A stretch of 64,000 nucleotides of DNA from Zancudomyces culisetae HAW-14-8 (Eukaryota > Fungi > Kickxellomycota): assembly GCA_052426225.1 (NCBI GenBank), contig JBNJNM010000012.1, positions 1,302,001 to 1,366,000 of the forward strand, read 5' to 3'. The first letter of the stretch is position 1, and the number at the start of each line of letters is the position of its first letter. Positions 1 to 12,586 of the stretch are shown here, in pieces. The position numbers and the translations under genes were made by a program. The notes below the pieces were generated by a model that was given only the letters and a program-made list of their open reading frames with translations, made no database searches and was not told where the DNA came from.

Positions 1-2585
1 TAGTTTGGTATGAATCGACGGTAATAGCCTGTTAATCCCAGTGCCGATTGTAATTCCTTTACGTTGCGTGGTGACCTAATATTCATAATAGCTTCTACCT
101 TCTTAGCACTTGTCCCTATTCCATTTTTTGAGATTGTGTGTCCAAGGTATTCCAACTCTGTGAAACCTATTACGCACTTATCCGAATGCAATTGTATGTT
201 ATGCTCCTTAAGTAACGACAAAACTCGTTTTAGATCTTCTCTATGCTCCTCTACACTCCTTGAATAAACTATAACATCATCTACAAAGACGACTGCGCAC
301 TTCCACAACACTGCATTTAACGCCTTTTCCATCGCTCGCTGAAATGTCGCCGGACTGTTGGTGAGTCCGAACGGCATAACGTTATATTCGTACGCACCGC
401 TACCGGGTATGGCGAAAGCTGTTTTCGATTTAGCTGCCGGGTGCATTCTTATTTGCCAGAATCCGCTCATGGCGTCAAGCGAGCTAAAGATGGCTGCACC
501 TGATAGAGCCATAAACAGATCCGCAATAACGGGAAGTGGATAACTATCCTTTTTCGTTACCTCATTTAACCGGCGATAGTCTGCGCAAATACGGATTTTT
601 CCGTTCTTTTTGTGAACGACAACTACGGGAGCGCACCACTCAGAAGTAGTGGGCGATATGATCCCTTGTTTCTCCATTTCTACTAACTGGTTTGCAACTT
701 CTTCTTGTAGTCTGAATAGAATTCTATAGGGTCTTAGCCTAATTGGCATGTTGTCATTTAGCACTATTCGATGTTCTGTAACTCCTGTCTGAGTTAACTC
801 CGAAAGATCATTAACGAACAAGCTCTTGTATTCGCTAATTACGTCCTTAAACTCAGTTCCCTGCGATGTTCCTACGCCTACTGGTGTGTCTTTAATAACG
901 GTGTATAACTCTGTATCTTCCTCCTCTGGCCCTTCTTCACAAGACGTTTCTAGTCTGGTTACTATCTCAACGTTTTCTACTGGTATTCGAAGCTCTGGTA
1001 CTTTCAGATTCAAGGATACTCGGTGTTGAAGTAACCAATCTGTGCCTAGTATGAGAGTGTCATCATTCCTTGACATCACTACTAAGTTTACCGGGAGGGT
1101 GAAACTTGAGATCATTACGGGAACCTGATTGACTTTTCCTAATGTACTGTGACGCTTCCCGTCTGCAGTAACCAATGTCAATCCTTTTTTGCTATCCAGT
1201 TCGATTCCCCAGCCTTCTACTAAATTGTATGTGACTACGGAGCAAGCTGCTCCCGTGTCCACCACCGCCCATAGCTTCTGTCCGAAAACATTAACTAATA
1301 TTCGACAGTTTGATGTTTTCTTCTCCTGCAACTGAATTTCATTTAACTCAGCAGCCTTTTCTTTTCTTAAGAAATTTGTCAATTCTTCTGACAATGCCGG
1401 AGCGCTTTCTAGCAGTTGTAACACGTCTATCTTTGGATGTACCTTCCGCAGCTCCTCTACAATGGAAAACGTCTTGTTACTGTTTTTCAGTGTTTGTTGG
1501 CTTCTAGACGACTGCTTGCTATGTGCTGTACCACCATCATTAATAGTGGTTCCTTCTCTGAACTCAGTAACTGAACTGCCTATGATACTTGGTTCGGCTC
1601 CTTGAAATGAGTCTCTGCTCACACGTGTGGTCTTGTATCTTGAAGCTCTTTGCTCACTACTGCCACCAGCTACCTCGTTGTGTTTTCTCTTATCTACCGC
1701 AAACACGTCTGCATTGTTTTCATCTGTGTCCGTATTCCTATCTAACTCTATGTAGTTTATACTTTTCTGTATATCTACCTTTCCACTATCTCTTGGTTCA
1801 CTTTCCTTCATCTTCGGGCATTCGTACCTGCGGTGCCCTTGTTCATTGCAGTAGTAACATCTAACCACGTAAGGTTGTGGTCTATGGCTACTCACTGTAG
1901 CCTTTTTTAATCTCTTATCCACTAATTGTTCTACCTTGGTTATTAAACTGACACTCATTTCTTCAAACTTTTTCAACATGTCTCCCATAGGTATTTGCTG
2001 CTTTGCCAGGTCCTTTACACTCTTTCCCCTTGACGCTGCGTTAGCATTATATTCTTTACTTGGCCCGCTACTTTTCTCTCTGAGTTCCTGCTTGCGAGGT
2101 ATACTCTCTGTAGATCCTTCCTCATTCAACAATAGCTCCATAACTCTTTCCCACTTTTTGATATCTAATGACTCCACCTTTTCTTTTGTCTCCCATTTGA
2201 GTGTGCTAAGGAGGATGTCAAACCTTATCTCTTCATCCTTAATCTTTGCTTGATCTAACAACTGAACGAGTTCTACCTCGAACTCATCAACGTTTCCGAA
2301 TTCTGTCTGTTTGATAGATCTTAGTCTTTCCCACACTTTTCCTTTTGAGCTTTTAGTACTAAACTTTTCCTTAAATTTTTTAGCTAGCTCATCCCAAGTA
2401 TTAAAAGTTGTCCTATTCTTTTTATACCAAATTTTTTCCCTGCTTCCCAAGAATAGTTTTACTAAGTCAATCAGATCAAAATCATTCCATCCATTCAGTT
2501 TTGCTATAAGTTTAAAATCCTCTATCCACTCCTCAGGGTCTATACCCTTGTTCACCTCAAACGTTTTAGGTGTTGTAATTGTCAT
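1..2585 (-). CDS. Gag-Pol N-terminal part (Gag, CCHC knuckle, protease, RT); open at the window edge
   Basis: ATG at 2585 mirrors 15017; same protein as the first ~860 aa of 15017..18634. Confidence 0.9.
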   Translation of the reverse strand, partial: MTITTPKTFEVNKGIDPEEWIEDFKLIAKLNGWNDFDLIDLVKLFLGSREKIWYKKNRTTFNTWDELAKKFKEKFSTKSSKGKVWERLRSIKQTEFGNVDEFEVELVQLLDQAKIKDEEIRFDILLSTLKWETKEKVESLDIKKWERVMELLLNEEGSTESIPRKQELREKSSGPSKEYNANAASRGKSVKDLAKQQIPMGDMLKKFEEMSVSLITKVEQLVDKRLKKATVSSHRPQPYVVRCYYCNEQGHRRYECPKMKESEPRDSGKVDIQKSINYIELDRNTDTDENNADVFAVDKRKHNEVAGGSSEQRASRYKTTRVSRDSFQGAEPSIIGSSVTEFREGTTINDGGTAHSKQSSRSQQTLKNSNKTFSIVEELRKVHPKIDVLQLLESAPALSEELTNFLRKEKAAELNEIQLQEKKTSNCRILVNVFGQKLWAVVDTGAACSVVTYNLVEGWGIELDSKKGLTLVTADGKRHSTLGKVNQVPVMISSFTLPVNLVVMSRNDDTLILGTDWLLQHRVSLNLKVPELRIPVENVEIVTRLETSCEEGPEEEDTELYTVIKDTPVGVGTSQGTEFKDVISEYKSLFVNDLSELTQTGVTEHRIVLNDNMPIRLRPYRILFRLQEEVANQLVEMEKQGIISPTTSEWCAPVVVVHKKNGKIRICADYRRLNEVTKKDSYPLPVIADLFMALSGAAIFSSLDAMSGFWQIRMHPAAKSKTAFAIPGSGAYEYNVMPFGLTNSPATFQRAMEKALNAVLWKCAVVFVDDVIVYSRSVEEHREDLKRVLSLLKEHNIQLHSDKCVIGFTELEYLGHTISKNGIGTSAKKVEAIMNIRSPRNVKELQSALGLTGYYRRFIPN

Positions 2586-3052
2586 GCTATCTTTGATTCG
2601 TATTAATTATGTAGAAATTATGTTTGCTATTCATCTAATAAGTTTATCTACGTCTGTCTTGCTCTTATCGTGAACTGGACTAGTCTGTTTCAACTAGTCC
2701 CACCGTGATCGCCACTGTTATATTTTTTGGGTTTAAAATATATTTTTATTATAAAACTTATATCCTAACTTTCAACACTATGCTATTCTTGTATATTAAA
2801 TATTACTATGTATTGAAAACAGTGTATATTATATATAGTTTTGTACTTATATTTTGTATATCTTTTTGTTTATTCTATTACTAATTCTTTATTTTTTGAC
2901 TAAAAAAAACTTAAAAAAACTAAAAAACTAAAACTAACTAATTTTTTATCTACTTTATCAAATTTTATAATTTTTATGCTATGTTTTAGCGATTAGAAAA
3001 ATTTGCCAGCAAAAAAAACTAATCAAAAAAATGTCGTATCTGCTATACGACA
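1..3052 (-). mobile_element. Ty3/Gypsy element A', inverted copy of element A, cut by the window edge; 5' LTR 2716-3052
   Basis: Reverse complement of 14550-17601, including LTR, PBS and gag-PR-RT. Confidence 0.95.
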
Positions 3053-3532
3053 TTAGTTGTTATATTTTTATTTTAACTTAAACTTTTAATAACTTAAAAT
3101 ATACTTGAACTTTATCCTATTCACTTACTATACCAAATATCCGTTAATATTGTTATTATTAACAATTGAATATTAGTATACTGAATAAAAGAACTTATTA
3201 CTACTATTTATTTGGATTAAAGATGTGTTTTATTATGTGCTATTTCCCTGCACTTATATACTTTTACTGCTAACTTAAAAAATACTATTAAAACTATACA
3301 AAGATACATAAACTTTACTACTGAAAGTTAAAGCATAAATTTGTATATACTGTTTAAAACTTGTAATAAAAATCATAATACTAATTAAAAACATATGATT
3401 ACTAAACTAAACTGTTTCAAGGTATGTCTTGGTTTACTATATACATAGTTTGTTGTAATTTTAGATTGCAGAAAATTTCTCAGGAAATTTCCGCAACTAA
3501 ACCTACAAAAAGTTCTGCTAATAGAGGGGGAT

Positions 3533-3990
3533 TGTTACTGGAATAAGTTTCACTTTATTTAACTAGTCAACCCTACCTTTTTAGCTTATATTTAATTTAG
3601 TTTATGTATTTATTGCTTCAATAAATGCGATAAAACTGGGTAAAATTACGCCCAACTCCTAAAATTTGATGTGCAAAACGATTAATTTTGGTCCAAAAAT
3701 TAGACTCTGATACCTTTCTGATACCCTTTGAAAATTGTGTTACGCTTCAATACCTATGTTTTTTTTTGGTTTTAGGTAGGTTTTTGCTTAAATCACAAAT
3801 TTCAATTTTATAGAGTAAATTCATGTATTTTAGAGCTAATTTATATTTTATTTAATGAATAACTTTTAAAGATAAAAAGATAAAACCACCAAACTTGTGG
3901 TGGGGTTACTAGTAATATACTAATAACTGATAGTTATTTTATTTAAACTATAAATAGTAAAAACTTAATTAACTTAAATTAACTAACAAT
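3533..3990 (+). repeat. Probable 3' LTR remnant; inverted relative at ~13776-14069
   Basis: PPT-like AGAGGGGG directly followed by AT-TGTTACTGG; right end uncertain. Confidence 0.45.
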
Positions 3991-4139
3991 TTCACCAACA
4001 TTTTGAGTAATTTATTACCTAAGAAATCCCAGATTTCTTACTCGAACACCCGAGATAACGGTGGTTATTCGGTGTTTGAGAAGCAGTAGGCTGTTCATCC
4101 AATAGTTTCGCTTTGATAGAACTAAGCATACAACACTTT

Positions 4140-4591
4140 AGTCGTATTTGATTTATAATATATGTATGGCGCTTTTTCCCACTGGGTTTTGCTCCATACA
4201 TTTGTCCATTTCTATTATCATTATCGTATATCTTTTTATATTGCTTACATATGTTATAAATTATATATGTGTAATAATCATAAGATTTATTTGACTAAAA
4301 CCACTGTGTTTAACACGGGGTATCGATGCTGTTTTGAATGATCTGTTAACATGATAAGAAATATAGGGGTAGAAAAAATAATCAGCGAATCAATTAATAT
4401 AACATGTTTTAATAACTGAAGAACATATGATATCAATACAAGTTGACATTCAGTATATCAATATTAACCCCAATTTATTCAATATTTACGTACAATACAT
4501 ATCGAACTTTTTAAATATCTAAAAACTTTAAAATAAAATAAAACTTAAATAAAATAAATTATAACTAGTATTAACAAGAACATATACTACA
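4140..4591 (+). repeat. Diverged solo LTR of the element F family
   Basis: Similar to the reverse complement of 47334-47794 (ATGTATGG..TTTTTCCCACTGGGTTTT..CCATACAT; GTGTT..ACACGGGG..CGATGCTGTTTTGA); ends ATACTACA. Confidence 0.75.
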
Positions 4592-4849
4592 CAGTTTCGT
4601 GTCGCATTACTGCAATGTGTACAAAAGTACTGGTTTGTACCATAAAATTGTTTCTCATTGCAATATTGTTAGTTAGTTAACAGACTCGGTATATTTCACT
4701 AAGTGGTTAGCTGACCAAATAAATATTCTATAATTCCTAAATCTACAACTTTTTTTTTTATATCAATAATATTATATTGTGGTTAGACTTTTGATGATTT
4801 GCTTTTCTTATACTTAAAAATTTTATTTCGCTCTAATTTCATTATAATT

Positions 4850-5444
4850 GTTCTCTTCCCTCTGCCAGTTTATTATAGGCTTGGCTGCTTTTAGCCATAA
4901 CCTGCCCAAGATCAGATCGTGTTTTAGTCCGTCTAGTATTTAGGCTCTGACTGCTATTTCTTTATCATCATGTTTGATTATTACGTCTACATATTGTCGA
5001 ACGTCCACTTTGGTACCATTTGCTAAGAATATTTCTTGTGGGGGAGTGAAGTGAGAGGTTTAGCTGAAGTTCCATTGTTATACGAGGGTTTATAAATTCA
5101 GTAGATGCCCCGCTGTCCAACATGGCTGTAATTGGAATTTCAAGAATTTCGACTTGGAGGGTGTAGGATCCGAGTTTAACTTTGTACTCAGTGATTGGAA
5201 ATCAACATCACCGACTATTGATTTCCTAATTTTTTTCATTGGTTCCATTGTTTTGTTCCTCTGCAGTTTATCGCTATGTGCCCAGGTTTGTGACATTTAA
5301 AACAATTTTTTGAAATTATGTCGCTTTTTTTTCTCTGTATTTTAGCTGCTATGGAGACTTCGTCTACATTCATTGGTTCAAGGCAACTTCTATGTTGCGA
5401 TGGTTCACTTCTAGACGAGAAATTATACTGTTAGACTGTTGAGG
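4850..5444 (-). pseudogene. Decayed Gypsy gag C-terminus (PMxVD, CCHC knuckle) and protease remnant
   Basis: Minus strand reads EPMNVDEV, C..KCHKPGHIA..C and ..LANGTKV..DLILGRLWLKAAKPIINW with stops and frameshifts; continues at 12587-13230. Confidence 0.7.
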
Positions 5445-5979
5445 TGTCATGATTTATCATGCCATTTGAAATTAAATACACGTGTTGTATTTAATTACTA
5501 AATTGCTGAGCAATTTTCTCAAATATCATTATGGGAAATTTGATTTTGTTAATTGCGCAGTATATTAGGTAATTTAGATACGTGTTAAATTACGACATTT
5601 TGCTGCGCAATTTACATGTTTTACATTACTAATCAATTGATGTCAGGAAACTAATATATTTAAGTTGGGAAACTTAATGTTCCCAAGTTAGGATTCAAAG
5701 GTAATTAAATATGATTTAAATTTAATATTAAAACTTATGGGTAAATAATGCGATTCTGACAATTGATTAGTAATCATTGCAGAATTCTAACATTCTAGAA
5801 TTTTCTATAAAGTTATAACAATGATTTTCATAGTTTTAAGTAGTTTTGACAAAAGTATAAATAGTCATGGATTTTATAGATAGAGAAACTTCAGCAATAA
5901 AATATATTCACAAGATATATACTACTTTAATAACTTAATAAAATGAAATTAAATAATACTTAGTTGTCAGGTCCTGATA
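5445..5979 (+). repeat. Solo LTR, chromovirus-related, 5-bp TSD TGAGG
   Basis: TGTCATGA...GTCCTGATA; termini resemble 27110-27501. TGAGG lies at 5440-5444 and is restored on the right once element G is removed. Confidence 0.75.
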
Positions 5980-8900
5980 TGAGTGTCAAGATCTGGAGTC
6001 TGGAGAGTTATATTTATTATTATTAATGTTTTTTGTATGAATGTATACAAGATACTAGATACTGAATCCAAGACAGGAAAATTGTACCCTTTTTATACTT
6101 ATTTCCAGCCTTGGTTTTTGAACAAAATCACTATGAAAACTGCTGAATAGCTAAAAATGAATGGTAAAGAAAAACGTGTTTGATTACTAATCAAATTGGA
6201 TTAGTAATCAAACAAAAATAAAATATGAATGCTAATAAAATTAAACATATGTAAATTATTACGTAAGAAAAATTAATTAATAATGTGAATACTCGGTAAT
6301 GTTCTAGAATGTTGGGGAACATTCTAAACATTACTGCGGAATAGTATCAGATGATTCTAGAACGTTATCGAACATTCTAGAATCAGTTCATGACACGACC
6401 TCTCCTCTTAAGGCTGAGCTCCGTGAAGCATTTGTGGTGGCTTTGGTTTTTCAGGATGGTGACGATGGAATTCAGTGACAAGATATTTTGCATTTGCTAA
6501 GTCAGAATATGTTTGCCAGGTACGTTCAGTGTCTGGGTATCCTTTCCAGTGTACCAGGTATTTGACAGTTCTACCAAATATTTTACTATCTAGGATTTTC
6601 TCAACTTCAAATTCTTCTTGACCGTCAATGATCACAGGTGGAAGCGGTTTTGATGGTCTGTCTGGGATCAGATCTGGTTTACAAGGTTCAAGGAGATTGA
6701 CGTGGAATACTGGGTGAATCTTCATTGTGTGTGGTAGCTGGAGTTTGTATGATCTTTGTCCAATCTTTTCCAATACTTTGAATGGGCCAAGTTTCCGATA
6801 GTCAAGCTTCTTGCTTGGTCTTTGAGTCCTGATGTTTTTAGTTGAGAGATAGACAAGATCACCAATGTTGAAGTCAGGTTGTGATGATACTTTTCGGTTG
6901 TAGTATTTCTCATGGTCTTCAAGGGCAAGGGAGATGTTAAATTTCAGTTCTTGATGGATATCAGATAGTAGTTTGGATCTATCAGAGGAAGCAGGATTTA
7001 AAACTTGAGTACGAGGAATTGTGACTGAGAAGCGTGGATGGAAGCCATAGTTTGCGTAGAAAGGTGTGGTCTTAGTAGAAGCATGGGATGTGTTGTTGTA
7101 GGCGAATTCGGCAATTGGTAACCACTTTGACCAATCAGTTTGTTGGTAATCAATGTAGCACCTGAGATACTGTTCCAATACTGAGTTTACGCGTTCAGTT
7201 TGTCCATCTGTCTGAGGATGGAATGCAGTGGACATTTTCTGTTCAATATTCAGTGATTTCATTAGAGTACGCATGAATGATGAATTGAAGGTTACACCTC
7301 TATCAGATACGATGTCTTTAGGGAGCCCATGTTTGCAGAAGACATGTTGGATAAACAGATCTGCAGTACCTTCAGCATCAATTTCATTGGTTGTGGGAAC
7401 AAAATGCGCCATCTTGGTAAGGCGATCCACAAATACACAGATTGCAGTAAAGTTATTGGATGGAGGTAGCTGAGTGATGAAGTCGACAGAAACAGATGAC
7501 CAAGGTGAATCAGGAACGGGAAGTGGAGCGAGGTAGCCATATGGTTTATGGCGAGAGGATTTGTTGCGTTGACAGGTATCGCAACCAGAGATGTAGTCTT
7601 TGATATATTTTCTCATGGATGGCCAGTAGAAGTTGCGAGATACAAGCTCGTACGTCTTTGCATTTCCAAAGTGGCCGGCAGCAGGAGAATCATGGCATTC
7701 AATCAGGATAGTTCTTTTGATGTTGTCGTCCGAGGGGATACAGATTAGTCCATCATAGTGCAGAAGATTGTCAACAAGAGTGTACTTTTCATGGGAATCA
7801 GGTTTCTTGGATAAGTCAGTGTAAATGGGTCCAAAGTACGTGTCTTTGGGTTGTAGTGACTTGATGTTGTTCATGAGCGTGGAGGACAAAGGTTCAACAG
7901 GTGTACTAGTCATGGACTTCAAGAATATATCAGGAGGTAACAAAGTTATTTTGTTTTGGTCAGTACGGGAGTCACCCCCCTTCCAAGGTTGGTCTTTCCG
8001 AGAAAGAGCGTCGGCGGCAGTGTTCTGTTTTCCAGGGCGGTACTTGATGACAAAGTTGAAGTTACTGAGGTATTCTGACCATCTGACTTGGCGGCGACTA
8101 AGATTTCTGGTAGTGGAGAAGTATTCCAAGTTTTTATGGTCGGTCATAACAACGGTTGGGTGTACAGAAAATTCAAGGTAGTGACGCCAGTGGGCAAAAG
8201 CGTCGATAATTGCTAACAGTTCCTTATCATAGATTTGATAATTCACTAGAGCAGGCAGGAGTTTCCGGGAGTAGTATGCAACAGGGTGGAGTTATCCCTC
8301 GTTGTCATACTGGCTGCAAATGGCACCTAATGCAAAATCTGATGCATCGGTTTCGATGATACAAGGCTGGTCAGGATTGTAGTGAGCTAAGACTGGGTTA
8401 CTGATCATGGTTTCTTTTAGCAAGGCGAAAGCTTCTTCAGCTTTGGGTGTCCACTGGAATTGGACACCTTTTTTCAACAAGGCGGTGAGCGGCAGAGATA
8501 TCTTGGAGTAGTTCAGAATAAAACGGCGGTAGAAGTTTGTAAGGCCAAGGAATACCTGAACGTCACGGACACAAGTTGGTGTCTTCCATTCGGTAACGCT
8601 GGATACTTTAGATGGATCCATAGAGATTCCGTTGGAGCCAATTACAAAACCGAGGAACTGTACTGATTGTACATCAAACTCACATTTCTCTAGCTTGAGG
8701 GTGAGATTGTGTTCCTGAAGCTTCTTCAAGACAAGGCAGACGTGGTCATAGTGCTTATCGATATCATCTGAGTAGATTAACAGATCATCGATGTACACAA
8801 CAAGGAATTGATCAATGTATTCACGGAAGAGATCGTTAACAAAGGACTGGAACGTGGCTGGAGCATTCATAAGGCCAAACGGCATGACCTTATACTCGAA

Positions 8901-9558
8901 GTGGCCGTAGCGTGTACGAAACGCGGTCTTCCATTCTTCACCAGGCGAGATCCTGATCATGTGGTATGCGGATTTCATATCCAGCTTGGTGAATATCTTG
9001 GCTTTGCCAAGCCGATCCAAGGTTTCAGAGATGAGTGGCAAGGCAGCACGGTTGGGGACAGTGATCTTATTCAGGGCTCTATAGTCGACGCACAACCGGA
9101 GACTACCATCTTTCTTTTTTACAAATAAGACGGGAGCCCCAGCCGGGGATTCAGAGCGTTGGATAAAACCATTGGCTAGGTTTTCCTGAATGTAGTCGTA
9201 CAGGGTCTTTAGTTCCAATTGGGAGAGGTTGTACAATGGGCCATATGGTATCTTTGAGTCAGGAAGCAAAGGAATGGTATGATCATATGGACGATGTTCA
9301 GGCAGTTTGGCAGATTGGGATTCAGAGAAGACAGATTCAAACATTTTATACTTTTCAGGGTTTACAGGAGTAACAGGGTTTTCAAGAGAAGATTCAGAGA
9401 CAAGACAGAGATTTTCACAAGATTCAGGAGCTACAAGGGATTCAAGATTGTTCACGGTAATTGCACCAGCATAGACAGTGTCTGGTGCCTTCAGATGTTC
9501 TTTAAACTGGTTTGAGCCCACAAGAGAGATGTCTAGGTTGACATGGTTGGGCCCACAA

Positions 9559-10018
9559 TGTTAGAACTAGATATATTTTATTAATAACTTGATTTAAGAA
9601 AAATATTAACTTTATTAAACTAAAGAGAATATTTTTCACTGACGATTTCCACAACGAATTTCGTTGGGTTTATATACTTTTTCGTCAGCGAAAATTTCAT
9701 GAAAAAAAACAAGGTCGCAAGTCCTTGATTATCGAAAAAAAATATTTTCTTACTTCGATAAACATTCAAGGAGTTTGACCCTTGATTAGTTTCATGATTT
9801 TCAATGTTGGGGTTTAGTTCAACATTGTGTTGTTTTGGTTTATCTAAAATAAAAACAGTTACTAAAAATCGAATTGGTAATAAATTAATTTCATGATTAC
9901 CTAAATCAATTTATGTAACTTTACTAAAATGGGATTTCCACTAATTAATTTAATTTAACTAAAATAGTAATAAAATTAACTATTGCAAAATTTATAGAAC
10001 TACGTACTATTCATAACA
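9559..10018. repeat. Solo LTR nested in pol of G, 5-bp TSD CACAA
   Basis: TGTTA...TAACA, 460 bp; CACAA at 9554-9558 and 10019-10023. Confidence 0.9.
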
Positions 10019-10445
10019 CACAAGAAGTCAAGGTACATGGCAGATGGACTATGTTCTCAGTCCAGTTGATGTCAGGATTGTGTTGTTGAAGCCAGGGAAG
10101 ACCAAGGATGATTGGTGAAGATCCAAGGTCTATTTGTTGCAGATAGATACTTTCGAGATGGTTATCATTGATTTTTAGTGTTACTTGGGAGGCAGAGTTG
10201 GATCTAAGCTTTGATCCGTCAGCGAGAGTGATTGTCATTTTTCTAGATAAAGATGGTAGATTGTTTTTTAGAGCAAAGGTGGCGTCAATGAACGAGGACG
10301 AAGCACCAGAGTCAACCATAGCGTAGGTTTTGATGTGATGGTGCTTGGACAAGATGGTTACAGGAATGGTCAAGGTGTTTGGTTTATCAGGAGATTGGGT
10401 GTCAGAAACAGGAGTGGTTACAGTGGCGTGGGGACTGGCTAAGTT

Positions 10446-10490
10446 GCCCAATAGTTGTCCCTTACTGTCTACTGGGCGGTGTCGTTTTCC
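10446..10490 (-). promoter_or_regulatory. Probable -1 ribosomal frameshift signal between gag and pol of G
   Basis: G GAA AAC in the gag frame, followed 6 nt later by the stem GCCCAGTAG/CTATTGGGC; the pol frame is -1 and open across the site. Confidence 0.6.
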
Positions 10491-12114
10491 TGTGTTGGTG
10501 TAATGCTGGAGATGTTGTGGCGTTTCTTTGGACAGTTGATGTTGAAATGGTCATTACCGCCACAATAGAGACAGAGGTTGTTTTCGATACGGTATGCTCT
10601 TTGAGCAGGAGTAAGTGGTGGTCTTCTAGTCGATGAAGCGGTACTGAGATCCATTGGTTGAGGTCCATCACTATTAGCTGGTGGAGTGGTAGATGGTGCA
10701 GAAACAGGCGAAGCAAACGGGTTGTAAGCAGTGGGTTTGGGTGGCATAGTTGCAGTGGGGTTAACTGGAGGTTGACGACGTTGTGGATGGCTGAAGAGGC
10801 GGTTGTCGATCTGGATGGCTGTAGAGATCAGGGTATCGATGTCTTCTATTGGTTCTCTACGGTTGAGTTCTTGGGATACGTTGTACTTGAGACCGGATAG
10901 AAACTGTGAGATCAAAGGTGGTTGGTTTCAGTCAATTAACATCTGTAGGCGTCTAAACTCGGTGGCATATGCGGCAACGGAGGTGGTTTGGCGGAGTTGG
11001 CGGATTGCCCTATCAGCATTCTCAATAGGGTTGGGATCACCAAAGGCACGAGTGATAGTTTCTTTAAACAGATTGTAGTTGGAGAGGATGGCAGGACGGC
11101 CAGACTCTGGAAGGTTTGCTTTCATGACGTAAGGTTCCATGTAACTGAATGGTGTGCCTGAGAGGTAGGAGATGGCATACAAGACTTTACTTGAGTCTGT
11201 GTTGAATTTATCGGGTGAAGCGGCAAAGACGAGAGCAAGCTGTGAAAAGAAGTTGGAACAGGCGGAGGGTTTTCCTGAAAATGTGTCTGGGTGTCTTACT
11301 TTGATACTAGGTTCAGAAGTACTAGCAACTTTGGTGGCACGGTTTTCAGTTATATAAAGTATGACTTCGTTCCTGAGGGTATGTTGTATAATATCCAACT
11401 GAATGGTTCTGTTTCAGGGATATTATCTTGCTTGCTCTTGTAGCAGTTATTTTATTTATTATTATTATTATTTAAACTTATATTTTATCTATATTTTACT
11501 TCCTAAAAACATAATTATGGAAGGGTACATGTTTATACTAATATTACTTTGTTATAGTATTAATTTATTTATTGCACACCTTTTTTCCTAAAAGGGTTTC
11601 TGATTACATTATATAATAAATCTATTTCTATTTTTAATTCTACACATAGAAAAAATATATATCAATCGATATATGTATAAAAAACTATATATAGATCGAT
11701 ACGTAAAGTTAATAGGTTGACTAATCTATAAAAAATATAAATAATAAATATTTACTATGAAAATTACTTAGGGATTTTCTGTCGTATACCCATTATACGA
11801 CAGGTACTGAGCTGGTCCTGAAGGGATTGGATTTCCAACTGGTTGGCCTGTATGGCGCTTTGGGTTAGCTGGTCTGAATTCTGGATATCGGACTGGAGGT
11901 TGTTCATGGAGTCAAGAATGGTCTGGATGGACTTAGTGGTGTCTGCTTTGACCTTGTCATAAATTTTCTTGGATACTGTGGCACGGTGTTCCTTGATGGC
12001 AGACTCGGCTTTTTCTACTCTAATTAGTAGTTGCTGGAGGGCTTCTTCAACTGCTGGCAGGGTCACGGCGGCTTTGTTGAGGAATTCAACTTGTTCTGGG
12101 CTAAACGGTTCCAT
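10469..12114 (-). pseudogene. gag of element G
   Basis: PDTFSG..KVLYAISYLSG, PMDL, CLYCGGNDHFNINC; interrupted by a solo LTR and a TGA at a Trp position (10928). Confidence 0.88.
11349..11802 (-). repeat. Solo LTR nested in gag of G
   Basis: AT-rich insert splitting gag; right end TGTCGTATACCCATTATACGACA resembles the terminal hairpin of LTR A; left end degenerate, no clean TSD. Confidence 0.65.
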
Positions 12115-12163
12115 GGTTAAAATACTTAGGCTGGTGTCAGAAAATAATAAATATAATATTTTG

Positions 12164-12172
12164 ATCTAGTAT
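12164..12172 (-). promoter_or_regulatory. Self-priming (Tf1-type) primer binding site of G
   Basis: No TGG tRNA-type PBS. The 9 nt just past the 5' LTR are complementary to LTR 12243-12251, about 30 nt downstream of a TATAAAAA. Confidence 0.65.
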
Positions 12173-12586
12173 AGTGTCAAGATCTGGAGTCTGGAGAGTT
12201 ATATTTATTATTATTAATGTTTATTGTATGAATGTATACAAGATACTAGATACTGAATCCAAGACAGGAAAATTGTACCCTTTTTATACTTATTTCCAGC
12301 CTTGGTTTTTGAACAAAATCACTATGAAAACTGCTGAATAGCTAAAAATGAATGGTAAAGAAAAACGTGTTTGATTACTAATCAAATTGGATTAGTAATC
12401 AAACAAAAATAAAATATGAATGCTAATAAAATTAAACATATGTAAATTATTACGTAAGAAAAATTAATTAATAATGTGAATACTCGGTAATGTTCTAGAA
12501 TGTTGGGGAACATTCTAAACATTACTGCGGAATAGTATCAGATGATTCTAGAACGTTATCGAACATTCTAGAATCAGTTCATGACA

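Larger units (their letters stand above)
1..3820. repeat. Left arm of a large inverted repeat (partner 13780-17601); runs off the window start
   Basis: Position x pairs with 17602-x. ORF-track peptides are mirrored (64..267/17335..17538; 2311..2673/14929..15291). No differences seen up to ~3748, then diverged similarity to ~3820. Confidence 0.95.
6408..10490 (-). pseudogene. pol of element G (protease, RT, RNase H, integrase, chromodomain)
   Basis: VDSGAS, YIDD, TDASD, HDSPAAGH..CDTC, SDRG, GPF and EFEVEKILDS..YLVHWKGY motifs; broken by a solo LTR and an in-frame TAA at 8292. Confidence 0.92.
5984..12586 (-). mobile_element. Chromodomain Ty3/Gypsy element G (Tf1/Tcn1-like chromovirus), inactivated; LTRs 5984-6395 and 12175-12586
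   Basis: Near-identical 412-bp TG..CA LTRs; TSD ATGAG; PPT AGAGGAGAGG; gag-PR-RT-RH-IN-chromodomain order. Confidence 0.95.

Noticed and set aside
64-2673. Short ORFs antisense to gag-pol (also throughout B, F, G, K and the host genes)
   Set aside because: Shadow frames of real coding sequence or of microsatellites.
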